This document shows, in pieces, positions 1 through 9,685 of a stretch of DNA of 64,000 nucleotides. The position numbers and the translations under genes are program-made. Every line of letters begins with the position of its first letter. Positions within the stretch are counted from its first letter, which is position 1. The stretch comes from Deltaproteobacteria bacterium (lineage in GTDB: Bacteria > Desulfobacterota > Binatia > UBA9968), in NCBI GenBank assembly GCA_005879605.1, contig VBKE01000001.1, positions 53,067-117,066 of the forward strand, given 5' to 3'. The notes below the pieces were generated by a model. The model ran no database searches. It was not told where the DNA came from and saw only the letters and a program-made list of their open reading frames with translations.

Positions 1-67
1 TCGAGGAGGCCGTTGATTTCTCCGTCGGCGGACTTAGCGTCTCATTCTCCAAATTTCGCTCACTTTG

Positions 68-96
68 TTGACAATGGTCGATTCCACCCCTAGTCT
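68..96 (+). promoter_or_regulatory. Putative sigma70 promoter of hsp20-lon
   Basis: TTGACA (68-73), 17-bp spacer, TAGTCT (91-96), 34 bp upstream of ATG 130. Confidence 0.55.
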
Positions 97-129
97 GAAG
101 CTATCCTAGTAAGTTGAGGGTTATCTTAT

Positions 130-555
130 ATGGCGGCCCGTGATTGGGATTTTTTGATCTGGCGGCAAGCCAGCGACTTGCTGCAACAAGCTGAGCGAAT
201 CCATCGGAATTTTTTACAAATTGCCGTCGGCGCCCATTATCGGTCGTTTCATGGCAAAAGCTCGTTCTGGGAACCGCCCGTCAATGTCGTCGAGACCGAC
301 GAAAGCTTGTGGGTCATCTCGGCCATACCGGGTGTAGCTGCCGATCGGGTAGACGTCCGTTTGGATGGACGCGAGCTTGTGATCTCCGGCGAACGGCCGC
401 TACCGAAATGCTGTCAGGATGGCGAGTTAAAGATATGGGAGATTCCCCTCGGACGTTTCGAGCGCCGACTTACAGTGATCGACGGAGGAAATCCCTTGTC
501 CCTGGGAGAAACCAAACTCCAGAACGGATTGCTTATCATCGAGCTGAGGAAGTAA
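130..555 (+). CDS. Hsp20/alpha-crystallin family small heat-shock protein
   Basis: WEPPVNVVET, IPGV, V-x-LDGRELVISGER, WEIPLGRFERR and NGLLIIEL motifs; directly upstream of lon. Confidence 0.9.
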   Translation: MAARDWDFLIWRQASDLLQQAERIHRNFLQIAVGAHYRSFHGKSSFWEPPVNVVETDESLWVISAIPGVAADRVDVRLDGRELVISGERPLPKCCQDGELKIWEIPLGRFERRLTVIDGGNPLSLGETKLQNGLLIIELRK

Positions 556-557
556 TC

Positions 558-2966
558 ATGGCTGCAGAAGAGAAGGAAACTCCTAGATTCAAACCCCGTC
601 TGAACATTCCCGCCGGGGCGCTGGCTATTTTACCCTTGCGCAATACGGTGCTTTTTCCCTCCACGATCATGCCGCTTGCCGTCGGTCGCGCGGCGAGCCT
701 TCAACTTATAGAAGAAGCGGTTCGTCAACAATGGTCGGTTGGATTTGTCGCTCAACGGGATCCGAAAATCGAGGGGCCACAGCCGAAGGATCTCTTTGGA
801 GTCGGAACGGCCGCGGATATTCTCAGGATGTTCGGGCTTCCTGACGGCCAGCGTCAGATCATCATCCAAGGCCGTCAACGCTTTGAAATCGCCGAATTTC
901 TCGAGACCGATCCGTTCCTGGTCGCCCGCGTCACTATGGTGGCGGAGACAGTGCCCCACTCCAAAGAGTTTGAAGCAAGAATCTTGAATCTGCGTCAAGA
1001 AGCAGCGAGGGCATTGAGTTTGTTGCCCGAGCCGATGAGCGAATTGAGAACGACGATCGAAAGGATCGACAATCCGCTGGCGCTGATCGACCTGATCGCT
1101 TCGACGTTGGACCTGCCGCTACCCGAAAAACAGGAAATTCTGGCGACTCTCGATCCGGAAGCTCGCGCTCAAAGAGTTTCCGAGAAACTCGCGCGCCAGA
1201 TCGAATTGCTGGAACTGAGCAAAAAAATCGGCGAGCAGGCTAAAGAATCGATGGACCACGCTCAGCGCCAATATTTCCTGCGCGAACAATTGAAGGCGAT
1301 ACAAAAGGAGCTGGGCGAAGACGATGGGCAGGGTTTAGCGGCTGAGGAGCTGCGGAAAAAAATCTACGAAGCCAAGATGCCGCCCGAGGTGGAAAAAGAG
1401 GTGCTGAGAGAGGTCACCCGGCTTGAGCGCATGCCCGAGATGGCCGCGGAATATTCGTCGGTAAGAACTTACCTCGATTGGATGGTGGAGCTGCCCTGGA
1501 GCGTTTCCAGCAAGGAGGAAATCGATCTCCCGAAGGCGCGCGAGATTCTCGATGCCGATCATTACGATCTCGAGAGGGTCAAAAAGCGCATCGTTGAATT
1601 TCTAGCGGTTCGTAAACTGATGCCGCAGGGCAAGAGTCCGATCTTGTGCTTTGTCGGTCCTCCGGGTGTGGGCAAGACGTCCCTCGGGCAAAGCATCGCT
1701 CGGGCCATGAAACGGAAGTTCGTGCGGCAGAGTCTCGGCGGCGTACACGATGAGGCGGATATCCGCGGTCACCGGCGCACCTATGTCGGCGCTCTGCCCG
1801 GCAACATTATCCAAGGAATTCGAAAAGCCGGCACCAAGAACCCGGTGTTTATGTTGGACGAAATCGACAAGCTCAGCGCTAGTTTTCATGGCGACCCGTC
1901 GGCCGCGTTGCTGGAGGTTTTGGACCCTGCGCAAAACTCGACTTTTCAGGATCATTATCTCGGCGTGCCGTTCGATTTGAGCCAGACTTTGTTTATTGCG
2001 ACGGCTAACGTCCTGGATGCCATTCCGGCCCCGCTTCGCGATCGCATGGAAATTTTAGAATTGAGCGGCTATATCGAGGAAGAAAAGCTCGCGATTGCAA
2101 AAAGCTATCTCATTCCCAGGCAGACGGCTGAAAACGGCCTGAATGCTGGACAGATAAGCTTTGCCGACGATGCGATTCGCGAAATCATTCGATCCTACAC
2201 GCGCGAGGCGGGCGTTCGCCAGCTCGAGCGTGAGTTAGGTTCGGTTTGCCGGAGCGTGGCGACGCGCGTGGCGGAAGGCTCTAGGGAAAAAATAACCATC
2301 GACCGCGAGTCAGTGCGGGCGTACCTCGGCCCACAAAAGTTCTTCAATGAAGTTGCGCTGCGCACCAGTCTGCCTGGGGTGGCCACCGGCTTGGCGTGGA
2401 CGCCGTTCGGAGGGGACATCTTGTTCGTGGAAGCGACCAAGATGCCGGGGGAAGGCAGGCTGCAGCTCACCGGTCAGCTCGGCGACGTCATGAAAGAAAG
2501 CGCGCAGGCCGCCTTGAGCCTTGTCAAATCACGGGCGGAAAATCTGGGAATCGATCCCGATACCTTCAAGAAAAACGACCTGCATATTCACATACCCGCG
2601 GGCGCGATCCCCAAAGACGGTCCGAGCGCCGGGGTAACCCTTTTCGTTGCCTTAGTCTCGCTTCTCACCGGGCGCTGCATCAGCAAAGACATTGCCATGA
2701 CCGGCGAGATCAGCCTCCGCGGCTTGGTGCTGCCGGTCGGCGGAATCAAAGAAAAGGTGCTGGCGGCCAAGAGGGCCGGAATTTCGTGCGTGCTGCTGCC
2801 GGAATTGAATCAAAGAGATATGGAAGAGATTCCGGCTGCGGTGCGGGAGGGATTGCGGTTCGAGTTTTTGAAAACCGTCGATAACGCCCTGGCACTGGCT
2901 CTAGAGCGCGATACTTCCGCCGACTTCCCGTCCACCGAGGAGCTTGCGGCAGGTCCGGTTTCTTGA
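558..2966 (+). CDS. lon: ATP-dependent Lon protease (endopeptidase La)
   Basis: LPLRNTVLFP N-domain, Walker A GPPGVGKTS, Walker B MLDEIDK, PKDGPSAG Ser and GGIKEK Lys dyad. Real start is ATG 558 after GAGGA; the track's 309 start overlaps hsp20. Confidence 0.97.
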   Translation: MAAEEKETPRFKPRLNIPAGALAILPLRNTVLFPSTIMPLAVGRAASLQLIEEAVRQQWSVGFVAQRDPKIEGPQPKDLFGVGTAADILRMFGLPDGQRQIIIQGRQRFEIAEFLETDPFLVARVTMVAETVPHSKEFEARILNLRQEAARALSLLPEPMSELRTTIERIDNPLALIDLIASTLDLPLPEKQEILATLDPEARAQRVSEKLARQIELLELSKKIGEQAKESMDHAQRQYFLREQLKAIQKELGEDDGQGLAAEELRKKIYEAKMPPEVEKEVLREVTRLERMPEMAAEYSSVRTYLDWMVELPWSVSSKEEIDLPKAREILDADHYDLERVKKRIVEFLAVRKLMPQGKSPILCFVGPPGVGKTSLGQSIARAMKRKFVRQSLGGVHDEADIRGHRRTYVGALPGNIIQGIRKAGTKNPVFMLDEIDKLSASFHGDPSAALLEVLDPAQNSTFQDHYLGVPFDLSQTLFIATANVLDAIPAPLRDRMEILELSGYIEEEKLAIAKSYLIPRQTAENGLNAGQISFADDAIREIIRSYTREAGVRQLERELGSVCRSVATRVAEGSREKITIDRESVRAYLGPQKFFNEVALRTSLPGVATGLAWTPFGGDILFVEATKMPGEGRLQLTGQLGDVMKESAQAALSLVKSRAENLGIDPDTFKKNDLHIHIPAGAIPKDGPSAGVTLFVALVSLLTGRCISKDIAMTGEISLRGLVLPVGGIKEKVLAAKRAGISCVLLPELNQRDMEEIPAAVREGLRFEFLKTVDNALALALERDTSADFPSTEELAAGPVS

Positions 2967-3011
2967 CGCTCGCAGATTTTTCCCGTTGACACTTAAACGA
3001 ATTTCTCGGTG

Positions 3012-3155
3012 GCCTGTAACGGTTGATTTGCTACTAATGTTCCGTTCGCACTTCGATGTGCACCCTTCGACCAGCTCAGGGCGAACGGATAAGGAAGGCC
3101 GTTCGTGGTCAGCCGGGTCGAACCACGCGGCGCTAGCGATCTAAATGTTACAGGC
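3012..3155. mobile_element. MITE-like element with 9-bp terminal inverted repeats and internal REP-like palindromes
   Basis: GCCTGTAAC (3012-3020) and GTTACAGGC (3147-3155) enclose CCCTTCGACCAGCTCAGGGCGAACGG and CCGTTCGTGGTCAGCCGGGTCGAACCACG; no ORF. Confidence 0.5.
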
Positions 3156-3249
3156 AAATGTCGGCTTTCGCGTTAATTCCGAAACGCAAGACTCGGAAGT
3201 CGAAACTGCAAAGCGGACTCGATTGTAATTTTCAGGGCGCCTGGCATCC

Positions 3250-5160
3250 ATGTTTTTACTGCGATTCGATGACGTATCTCTGGCGTATGGCCATCTGCCA
3301 TTGCTTGCCCACGTCGATTTTCAAATCGAGCCCGGTGAGCGGGTGTGCCTCGTCGGTCGTAATGGCGCCGGCAAATCGACTTTACTTCGACTCATCACCG
3401 GGACTGCGCTGCCGGATGATGGCGAGATCTGGCGCCGTGACGCTTTGCGCATCGCGCATCTCGAGCAAGAGGTGCCGCCTGATACGGATCAGACGGTCTT
3501 CGAAGTCGTGGCGGCCGGGCTGGGTGAATTGGGCACGCTGCTGACGGAGTATCATCGGCTGACGCAGCACGCACTCGCAGCGGAGCCGTCGTTCCTTGAG
3601 AGAATGGCGCGGTTGCATGCGTGCATCGATACGCTGGATGGCTGGAACATCAATCAGAAGGTCGAGACGGTTTTGTCGCGCTTGGGTTTACCGGCAGACC
3701 AGAGTCTTGCCGACTGCTCCGGCGGGACGCGCAGACAGGTCATGCTGGCGCGCGCTCTGGTGAGCGAGCCGGACCTGCTGCTGCTGGATGAGCCGACCAA
3801 TCATCTCGACATCAGCGCGATCACCTGGCTCGAAAAGTTTCTGCTCGCTTACCACGGGGCGCTGATCTTTATCACTCATGATCGCGCGTTACTGAAACAT
3901 CTGGCGACGCGCATCGTCGAGCTCGATCGCGGAAAACTGACTTCTTTCCCCGGCGATTTTGACGGCTACCTAAGTAGGAAAGAGGAGCTGCTCGAAATCG
4001 AGGCGCGCGCGCTTGCCAAGTTCGACAAGAAGCTGGCGGAAGAGGAGGCGTGGATACGCCAGGGCATCAAAGCGCGGCGGACGCGCAACGAAGGACGGGT
4101 GAGGGCCTTGCAGGCGATGCGGCGCGAGCGCGTGCAACGCCTAGAAGCCATGGGGAAGGCCCGCTTTGGCATCAATGCTGGCGCGCTTTCCGGCAAGCTC
4201 GTGGTTGACTTGCGCCGGGTGAGTTTCCGTTACGGTGACGATGTCATTATTGACGATCTATCGACGCGCATCCTGCGCGGCGATCGGGTCGGCATCATCG
4301 GCCCCAACGGCTCGGGCAAGAGCACGCTTCTCGAGCTGATCCTGGGCGAACTCGCGCCGACCAGCGGGCAAGTGGTGATCGGCACACGCTTGCAGATCGC
4401 TTATTTCGATCAGCACCGCCGATTACTGAATCCGGAAAAAACCGTGCGCGAGAATATGAGCGACTCCGACTATGTTACGGTCAAAGGCCGTTCACGCCAC
4501 CTCATCGGGTATCTGAAAGACTTCTTGTTTCAGCCTGAGCGCGTTGATTCCCCGGTCAATGCGTTGTCCGGCGGCGAGCGCAATCGGTTGCTGTTGGCGA
4601 AAATCTTTACTCGGTCGGCGAACATGATCGTGCTGGACGAGCCGACCAACGATTTGGACGTCGAGACGCTCGAGTTATTGGAAGATCTGCTGGCCGATTA
4701 CGAGGGGACTCTGCTGCTGGTCAGCCACGACCGAACCTTTCTTGATAACGTCGTGACGAGCACGCTGGTTTTTGAAGGCCGAGGCAAGGTCGGGGAATAT
4801 GCCGGAGGGTACGAAGATTGGGAGCGACAACGCAGTTCCTCGCTGACCATGCCGCCGAAGCGTCCCAGGACGCCACCGCGGGTTACCTTCGCAGACGGGG
4901 AGCGCGCCAATGGAACTCGCAAGCTTTCATATAAGGAACAGCGCGAACTGGAAGCGCTGCCGGCAAAAATCGAAGCGTTGGAAGCAGAGCAAGCACAGCT
5001 ACATAGGATGATGGCGGGTGCCGAGTTTTATCGACAGCCGAGCGATAAAATCGCTGCCACCATGGAACGCCTGCAAGCATTAACGAACGAACTCGAAGCG
5101 TGCTACGCGCGTTGGGAATCGTTGGAATTACGAGCGAACGCCGCAACGCGGGAAGGATAA
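3250..5160 (+). CDS. uup: ABC-F family ATPase, Uup-like
   Basis: Two ABC domains (GRNGAGKST, GPNGSGKST, LLDEPTN twice), EEEAWIRQGIKARRTRNEGRVRAL linker, C-terminal KLSYKEQRELE coiled coil. Confidence 0.93.
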   Translation: MFLLRFDDVSLAYGHLPLLAHVDFQIEPGERVCLVGRNGAGKSTLLRLITGTALPDDGEIWRRDALRIAHLEQEVPPDTDQTVFEVVAAGLGELGTLLTEYHRLTQHALAAEPSFLERMARLHACIDTLDGWNINQKVETVLSRLGLPADQSLADCSGGTRRQVMLARALVSEPDLLLLDEPTNHLDISAITWLEKFLLAYHGALIFITHDRALLKHLATRIVELDRGKLTSFPGDFDGYLSRKEELLEIEARALAKFDKKLAEEEAWIRQGIKARRTRNEGRVRALQAMRRERVQRLEAMGKARFGINAGALSGKLVVDLRRVSFRYGDDVIIDDLSTRILRGDRVGIIGPNGSGKSTLLELILGELAPTSGQVVIGTRLQIAYFDQHRRLLNPEKTVRENMSDSDYVTVKGRSRHLIGYLKDFLFQPERVDSPVNALSGGERNRLLLAKIFTRSANMIVLDEPTNDLDVETLELLEDLLADYEGTLLLVSHDRTFLDNVVTSTLVFEGRGKVGEYAGGYEDWERQRSSSLTMPPKRPRTPPRVTFADGERANGTRKLSYKEQRELEALPAKIEALEAEQAQLHRMMAGAEFYRQPSDKIAATMERLQALTNELEACYARWESLELRANAATREG

Positions 5161-5298
5161 TTGGCCGGAATATTGGAAATGACCAAAAGGCCAAGGCCGT
5201 AAGCATAAAGAACGCAAAGAGCACAACGGAATTAATAGGTCCGCGACCATTGCGTTCTATGTGTTGAAGGGATGTTTTATCAGGAGGACTTCGTGCAG

Positions 5299-6222
5299 AT
5301 GCGTATTGCAGCGGTTGATCTCGTCAGCAACACTTGTTTCCCTGCCCTCGCGGCCGAGGAGTTAGGTTTCTACAAAGCCGAGGGTCTCGATGCTCACATT
5401 GAGCTCGTGCCGATGCTTGGAGCAACCAAGGCGCTGCGAAACGGAGCGGCGGATGCCCTGATTGCCGGCTCGGTGCACGACCTTCTGACAGAGTTTCCCC
5501 GCTGGAAAGGGGCGAAGCTGCTCGTAGCGCTCTCGCAGGGGACGCCTTGGCTGCTCGTAGTCAGGGCTGATCTTGCAGCAAAGCGCGGTGACATCGGCGC
5601 TGTGAAGGGGCTTCGGCTCACGGCGGCGGAGGGGCCGGATCTGGCGCTGCGACAGATGTTGGTCGAGGCCAAGATCGATCCCAACCGAGATCTGCAGATT
5701 GTGGAGCTGCCCGGCGCGAAGGCGCGCGACGTTTCCTTCGGCGTTTTTGCCGCACGCGCTCTCGAAAGCGGTCTGGTTGACGGCTTTTGGGCCAACGCCA
5801 TGGGCAGCGAGACCGCCGTAAGGCGGGGAGTGGGCAAAATCCTCGTCGATGTGCGGCGCGGCGATGATCCCGCCGAGGTTCGTCACTTTACCTTTGCCGG
5901 GCTCGCGACCACCGAAGCGTTGATCGAGCGCGACCCGGAGTGCGCCGCCGCTGCCGTCCGAGCGATTGTGCGGACCCAAAAAGCGCTTCGAGATAACCCG
6001 GCCCTAGCCGCTGAGGTGGGAGGGCGCCGCTTTCCCGCCGACGCCGCGGAGCTGATTTCGACGGTCGTTGAACGAGATTTGCCCTTTTACGATCCTGTCA
6101 TCTATGAAGAGGCTGTCGTTGGACTTAACCGGTTCGCACGGTCCATCGGTCACTTGCTCAGTTTGGTGCCCTACGAACAGGTGGTCGCTGTCCGGTTTCG
6201 GAATCTGTGGCGTGGCGAATGA
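5299..6222 (+). CDS. SsuA/THI5-like (NMT1 family) substrate-binding-fold protein, no signal peptide
   Basis: A-EELGFYKAEGLD N-terminal motif typical of SsuA/TauA/NMT1 proteins; GGAGG RBS at 5283; start could be GTG 5293 or ATG 5272. Confidence 0.75.
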   Translation: MRIAAVDLVSNTCFPALAAEELGFYKAEGLDAHIELVPMLGATKALRNGAADALIAGSVHDLLTEFPRWKGAKLLVALSQGTPWLLVVRADLAAKRGDIGAVKGLRLTAAEGPDLALRQMLVEAKIDPNRDLQIVELPGAKARDVSFGVFAARALESGLVDGFWANAMGSETAVRRGVGKILVDVRRGDDPAEVRHFTFAGLATTEALIERDPECAAAAVRAIVRTQKALRDNPALAAEVGGRRFPADAAELISTVVERDLPFYDPVIYEEAVVGLNRFARSIGHLLSLVPYEQVVAVRFRNLWRGE

Positions 6223-6409
6223 AAGAAAAAAAGGATGAAGGCGATCCGCGCCTGCGCTCGACGCGTATCGTTTCTTCACATGGGGTTACCAGTTCTTAGC
6301 GTTAATCTCGGGCGAAGTACGGGAGTGATTCTGGGGGCCGAGTGACTCACTGCGTCATGGGGTTGATGGGACGTCGGTTCCTGACGACCCATTTGAAGCC
6401 AGGCGTGAG

Positions 6410-6808
6410 TCAGTTATCGCATCTAGTGACGCCGTGGTGAGCCAGCATTGCGCAGACTCGGTTTCCATAGTCCTCACGAGCTTCGATATCTGCTTCCAAC
6501 CGCGGCGCTGACGTACCCAGTGTGGCAATCTGTCTACGGCTCTCCTCGATTCGTCTAATCCACAAATCCTCCCGGAAGAGTTCTCCGCTGTCGTAGCCAC
6601 GGACAAGGGGGCTTTGGGAGATCAAATGTTCCGGCTTTGGAGCTGAAGTGGATGGAAGAGTGAATTTCACCATGGGTTTTGTCTCCTGCTTCCGCCGTCG
6701 CCAGTTAATGAAATCTTCATACCTGGCGGATGCAAACGTCACAATCCATCCGAGAGCCAGCGCCGAGGCAGAGTAAGTCATCACGTTTTCGAAATTTAAT
6801 AGGTGCAT
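6410..6808 (-). CDS. Hypothetical protein with N-terminal hydrophobic segment
   Basis: 132-aa ORF with a TM-like stretch (SALALGWIVTFASA) then a basic stretch; TTGACA just upstream on the minus strand; no family recognised. Confidence 0.4.
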   Translation of the reverse strand: MHLLNFENVMTYSASALALGWIVTFASARYEDFINWRRRKQETKPMVKFTLPSTSAPKPEHLISQSPLVRGYDSGELFREDLWIRRIEESRRQIATLGTSAPRLEADIEAREDYGNRVCAMLAHHGVTRCDN

Positions 6809-6979
6809 ACGTATAGCGCTCCTGATAAGCCGGTGTCAAGCCCTTTTTTACAGGCCTCCGAAAAGCGTTTGTCGATCTGAAAGGGAGTGAGTTTCTTACG
6901 CATTGCTTTTCACTCAGAAGATTCGGAAGAAACCGTGTACATCCCGTAGGCAATGACGCAGACTTGGAGAAACATTCTC

Positions 6980-7216
6980 TCAATCCAGCTTGTGAAATCT
7001 GATTCCCGGAGTCTTTATCTTTGCGGCATCCCAGTTCTTTTGGCCGATAATTTGAACGCTTGATTCTTCAAGATCGTTTACCGTCAGTTCCCTAAGCAAA
7101 GCTATAATCTTGTCGACCGCTAAACAGCGTCCGGCTTCGATAAAAATCAGGCTCTTAGACTTGCGGTCCGAATGCTGGATCTGGCTTTTCTTGTTGTAGT
7201 TGACTAAGTAAATCAT
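6980..7216 (-). CDS. Hypothetical protein
   Basis: 78-aa ATG ORF in an AT-rich region; no clear RBS or motif. Confidence 0.25.
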   Translation of the reverse strand: MIYLVNYNKKSQIQHSDRKSKSLIFIEAGRCLAVDKIIALLRELTVNDLEESSVQIIGQKNWDAAKIKTPGIRFHKLD

Positions 7217-8205
7217 CTTGAAGGTTTAGTAATCCTGTCGGAGTTGAAGGAAGGTAATGGTCAATGAGGTTCGTGGCATTGGGATTGATTTCGTGCTCCT
7301 CCGCCTGCGGCGTTCGATGCTGGTGATTGGAAAGGCCCACCCGCTTTGCATTGTGGTTAATAAGGGTAGCCGTGATCCTTAAATTAGATGGCAAGTGGAA
7401 TGGCAAGAAGCGGGCCAGCGATGAGAGGGTTTCCGCTCCGGCGTAAGTATTGGAAAAACCAAGAATGACTGAACAGCCGCCCGCTATTTCGTTTTGACAT
7501 ACCCTTGACAGCTGTCCATTTCTTGTCAATTTAACAAAGACTCGTTGTACAGCAATTTCATTTTTAACCCGTCGGCACTACCTTAACCCGGCCTTAAAAA
7601 AACGCCGAAATTCAACGATAACGATCAAGAACCCCAGTGGCCGTCGCTGCGCCATTCCCGCCATCATTGACCCATGGATTGCCTTGAGTAGCTGCTCACG
7701 CGCTTTTAGTGCGACCATGGCGTGAATATAGAAGCTTGAAATTATTTTGGGAAAAATCTGCTTTCGCGGGAACGGTTCAAAAAGCCTGGTACGTGTCGTG
7801 AATGCCAAACTTGCCTTGTCAGCTAGTCTGGCTTCTGGTTTTCGCGGGATCGCGTCGGGAAGAAGCCGAGAAGAGGGATAGAGCTTGGAATGCGGCCCGT
7901 AACCATAGGCGAGTATATTTCTGGGATCATCCTCTACCAAGAGAACGTTCCTGCCCATATTCCGCAAATACTGCGGCGTCAAAGAAAATCAAAGGCAAGT
8001 AGAGGCAAAGTGGGAGAAAGAGGTGCTGTCCAATGCGGCGCTTGCCGTCCTGTTCTACGCGGTCGAGTCATCCGGGTTGCTTGAGCGCCGCACACGAGAG
8101 AATTGCGGCGTTTTTAAATTAAATTTGTTTCTTGTTCATCGTCATGTGTTAAACTAGTCGGCAATTTTTGACGCAGGAATGATGGTGTACAAAGTAGTTT
8201 ACGTC

Positions 8206-9330
8206 ATGAAAGCATTATTTGTTCTGATCTTTCTCCTGACCGGTTGCGCAACGACACAAATCGCTCAACCTCCCGCGGCGCCTGTCATTTTCGCTACCAG
8301 CTTTGATCCGCTGGCGCCGCCGTCGTTTGCCGAGATGGATGGCATTCAATCGGCGAATGTGCCAGTGAGCAAGGACGTTTCGGTGGATTTGGGCCTGCAG
8401 GTTGTCAACCTGAAAACTTCTTTTCTCGAAAAGAAAGAGAATCTCAACGGCCTGAATGGAGTTATGGAAAAGGGCCTGTCCCGACGCTATCTGAATTTTC
8501 TTGCCAACTCCTCATCGCCCGGTGGCGGATTGCAGACCGAGGCAGAGTTTTCTTACAGTATGCTAGATTCTTTAAAGGCGCAGTGCGGCTGCGAGGAAGA
8601 GCCGCGAATGCTGCGGCTGAGTTTGAAGGATCAGTGGGCGGGGTTTAACTTTGGCGGCGATTACCGGTCGATCGGCAAGGGGTTTGTTTTTATGACCGAC
8701 CAAAGGGTAGACCAGGCGCGCGATGAGGCCCAGCTTTGGGGCGAACACAGTTTGGGCCCAGCCAATCTTCGCGGATCCATCGGCGAATCGTGGGAGCGGC
8801 TCTCGGAGATCAACCAGTTTCGCCTGACGAAGACTGCGGCTACTACGGTCAATTTTAACAGACCGGCATGGGGCGGGGGATGGATCTCAAGCTTCTCTCT
8901 GGTGGGGGAGGGCAGCGATACAAATTATGATACCACGGTTTTCAACCAGACATTCACGGGCGCCTATCGGCCTATCAACGGCTTATCTCTTGGCTCGAAC
9001 TTCAGTTTTAAGCAGGAGAGAAATATAAACAGCGGTATTAGAACGGACACTCCTGGCGCCGGACTAACGCTTTCCTACAGTCCTTTGAAAGATGGGCCTC
9101 GTTTGACTGGCACTACATCTTATACGAGAAGCTTCAGTGCAGACGGATCGAGCAACGTTGGAACAGTCAATCTCATGGCCGGTATAAATTGGAAATTGGG
9201 AAAGTTTTTGGCGAAAGACGACGTCCTATCCTTCAATTTAAGATACAATCACCAACTCGACTTCGTTTCCCCGAACGCGTCACACGAAGATTTTGGCGGG
9301 ATGTTGCAATTGAAGATCGTGGGATTCTGA
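8206..9330 (+). CDS. Hypothetical lipoprotein, probable outer-membrane beta-barrel
   Basis: MKALFVLIFLLTGC lipobox, alternating beta-strand patterns, C-terminal GMLQLKIVGF ending in Phe. Confidence 0.7.
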   Translation: MKALFVLIFLLTGCATTQIAQPPAAPVIFATSFDPLAPPSFAEMDGIQSANVPVSKDVSVDLGLQVVNLKTSFLEKKENLNGLNGVMEKGLSRRYLNFLANSSSPGGGLQTEAEFSYSMLDSLKAQCGCEEEPRMLRLSLKDQWAGFNFGGDYRSIGKGFVFMTDQRVDQARDEAQLWGEHSLGPANLRGSIGESWERLSEINQFRLTKTAATTVNFNRPAWGGGWISSFSLVGEGSDTNYDTTVFNQTFTGAYRPINGLSLGSNFSFKQERNINSGIRTDTPGAGLTLSYSPLKDGPRLTGTTSYTRSFSADGSSNVGTVNLMAGINWKLGKFLAKDDVLSFNLRYNHQLDFVSPNASHEDFGGMLQLKIVGF

Positions 9331-9356
9331 GGCTCCGAAAAATAGTTGGATAAATA

Positions 9357-9380
9357 GCTCGGGGATACGACTCCCCGAGC
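9357..9380. terminator. GC-rich hairpin downstream of the beta-barrel gene
   Basis: GCTCGGGGA-tacgac-TCCCCGAGC 9-bp stem; weak U-tract. Confidence 0.35.
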
Positions 9381-9685
9381 GCGGCAGTAGCGCTCGTCGA
9401 ATCATCTCAGCATTTTCAAAAAAAAATCACCGGGTTCTTTTACCCGCCTTGTAATACCGAATGGCGCGATTTCGATTGGGTAGCATCGTACAAGTCAGAT
9501 AACCTCTGGTCATCGCTGTCATATTCGATAAAATGAATTATAGCTTTATATCCTCAAGGCTGAGGATCGCGATGATGGTAGCCGATCATCTGCGGAGTGC
9601 TGTAGCACGACTGGCAAGAGCCGAGCTGAACTAGATCCGTTACGACCGGCCACGAGATTGCAAATTTTGCGTTGGGCTAGACGTC

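Noticed and set aside
1-52. Possible 5' end of a minus-strand gene (TTG, MENETLSPPTEKSTASS...)
   Set aside because: Only 17 codons inside the window; cannot be supported
309-557. 83-aa N-terminal extension of Lon in the ORF track
   Set aside because: Overlaps hsp20 in another frame; ATG 558 has an RBS and fits the Lon N-domain
7155-7529. 124-aa minus-strand ORF, and possible riboswitch in 7200-7500
   Set aside because: No protein motif, TTG start without RBS, and no known riboswitch consensus recognised
7578-7982. ORF starting MGRNVLLVEDD, like a receiver domain
   Set aside because: Similarity ends after about 12 residues; no phospho-Asp or Lys motif in the frames checked
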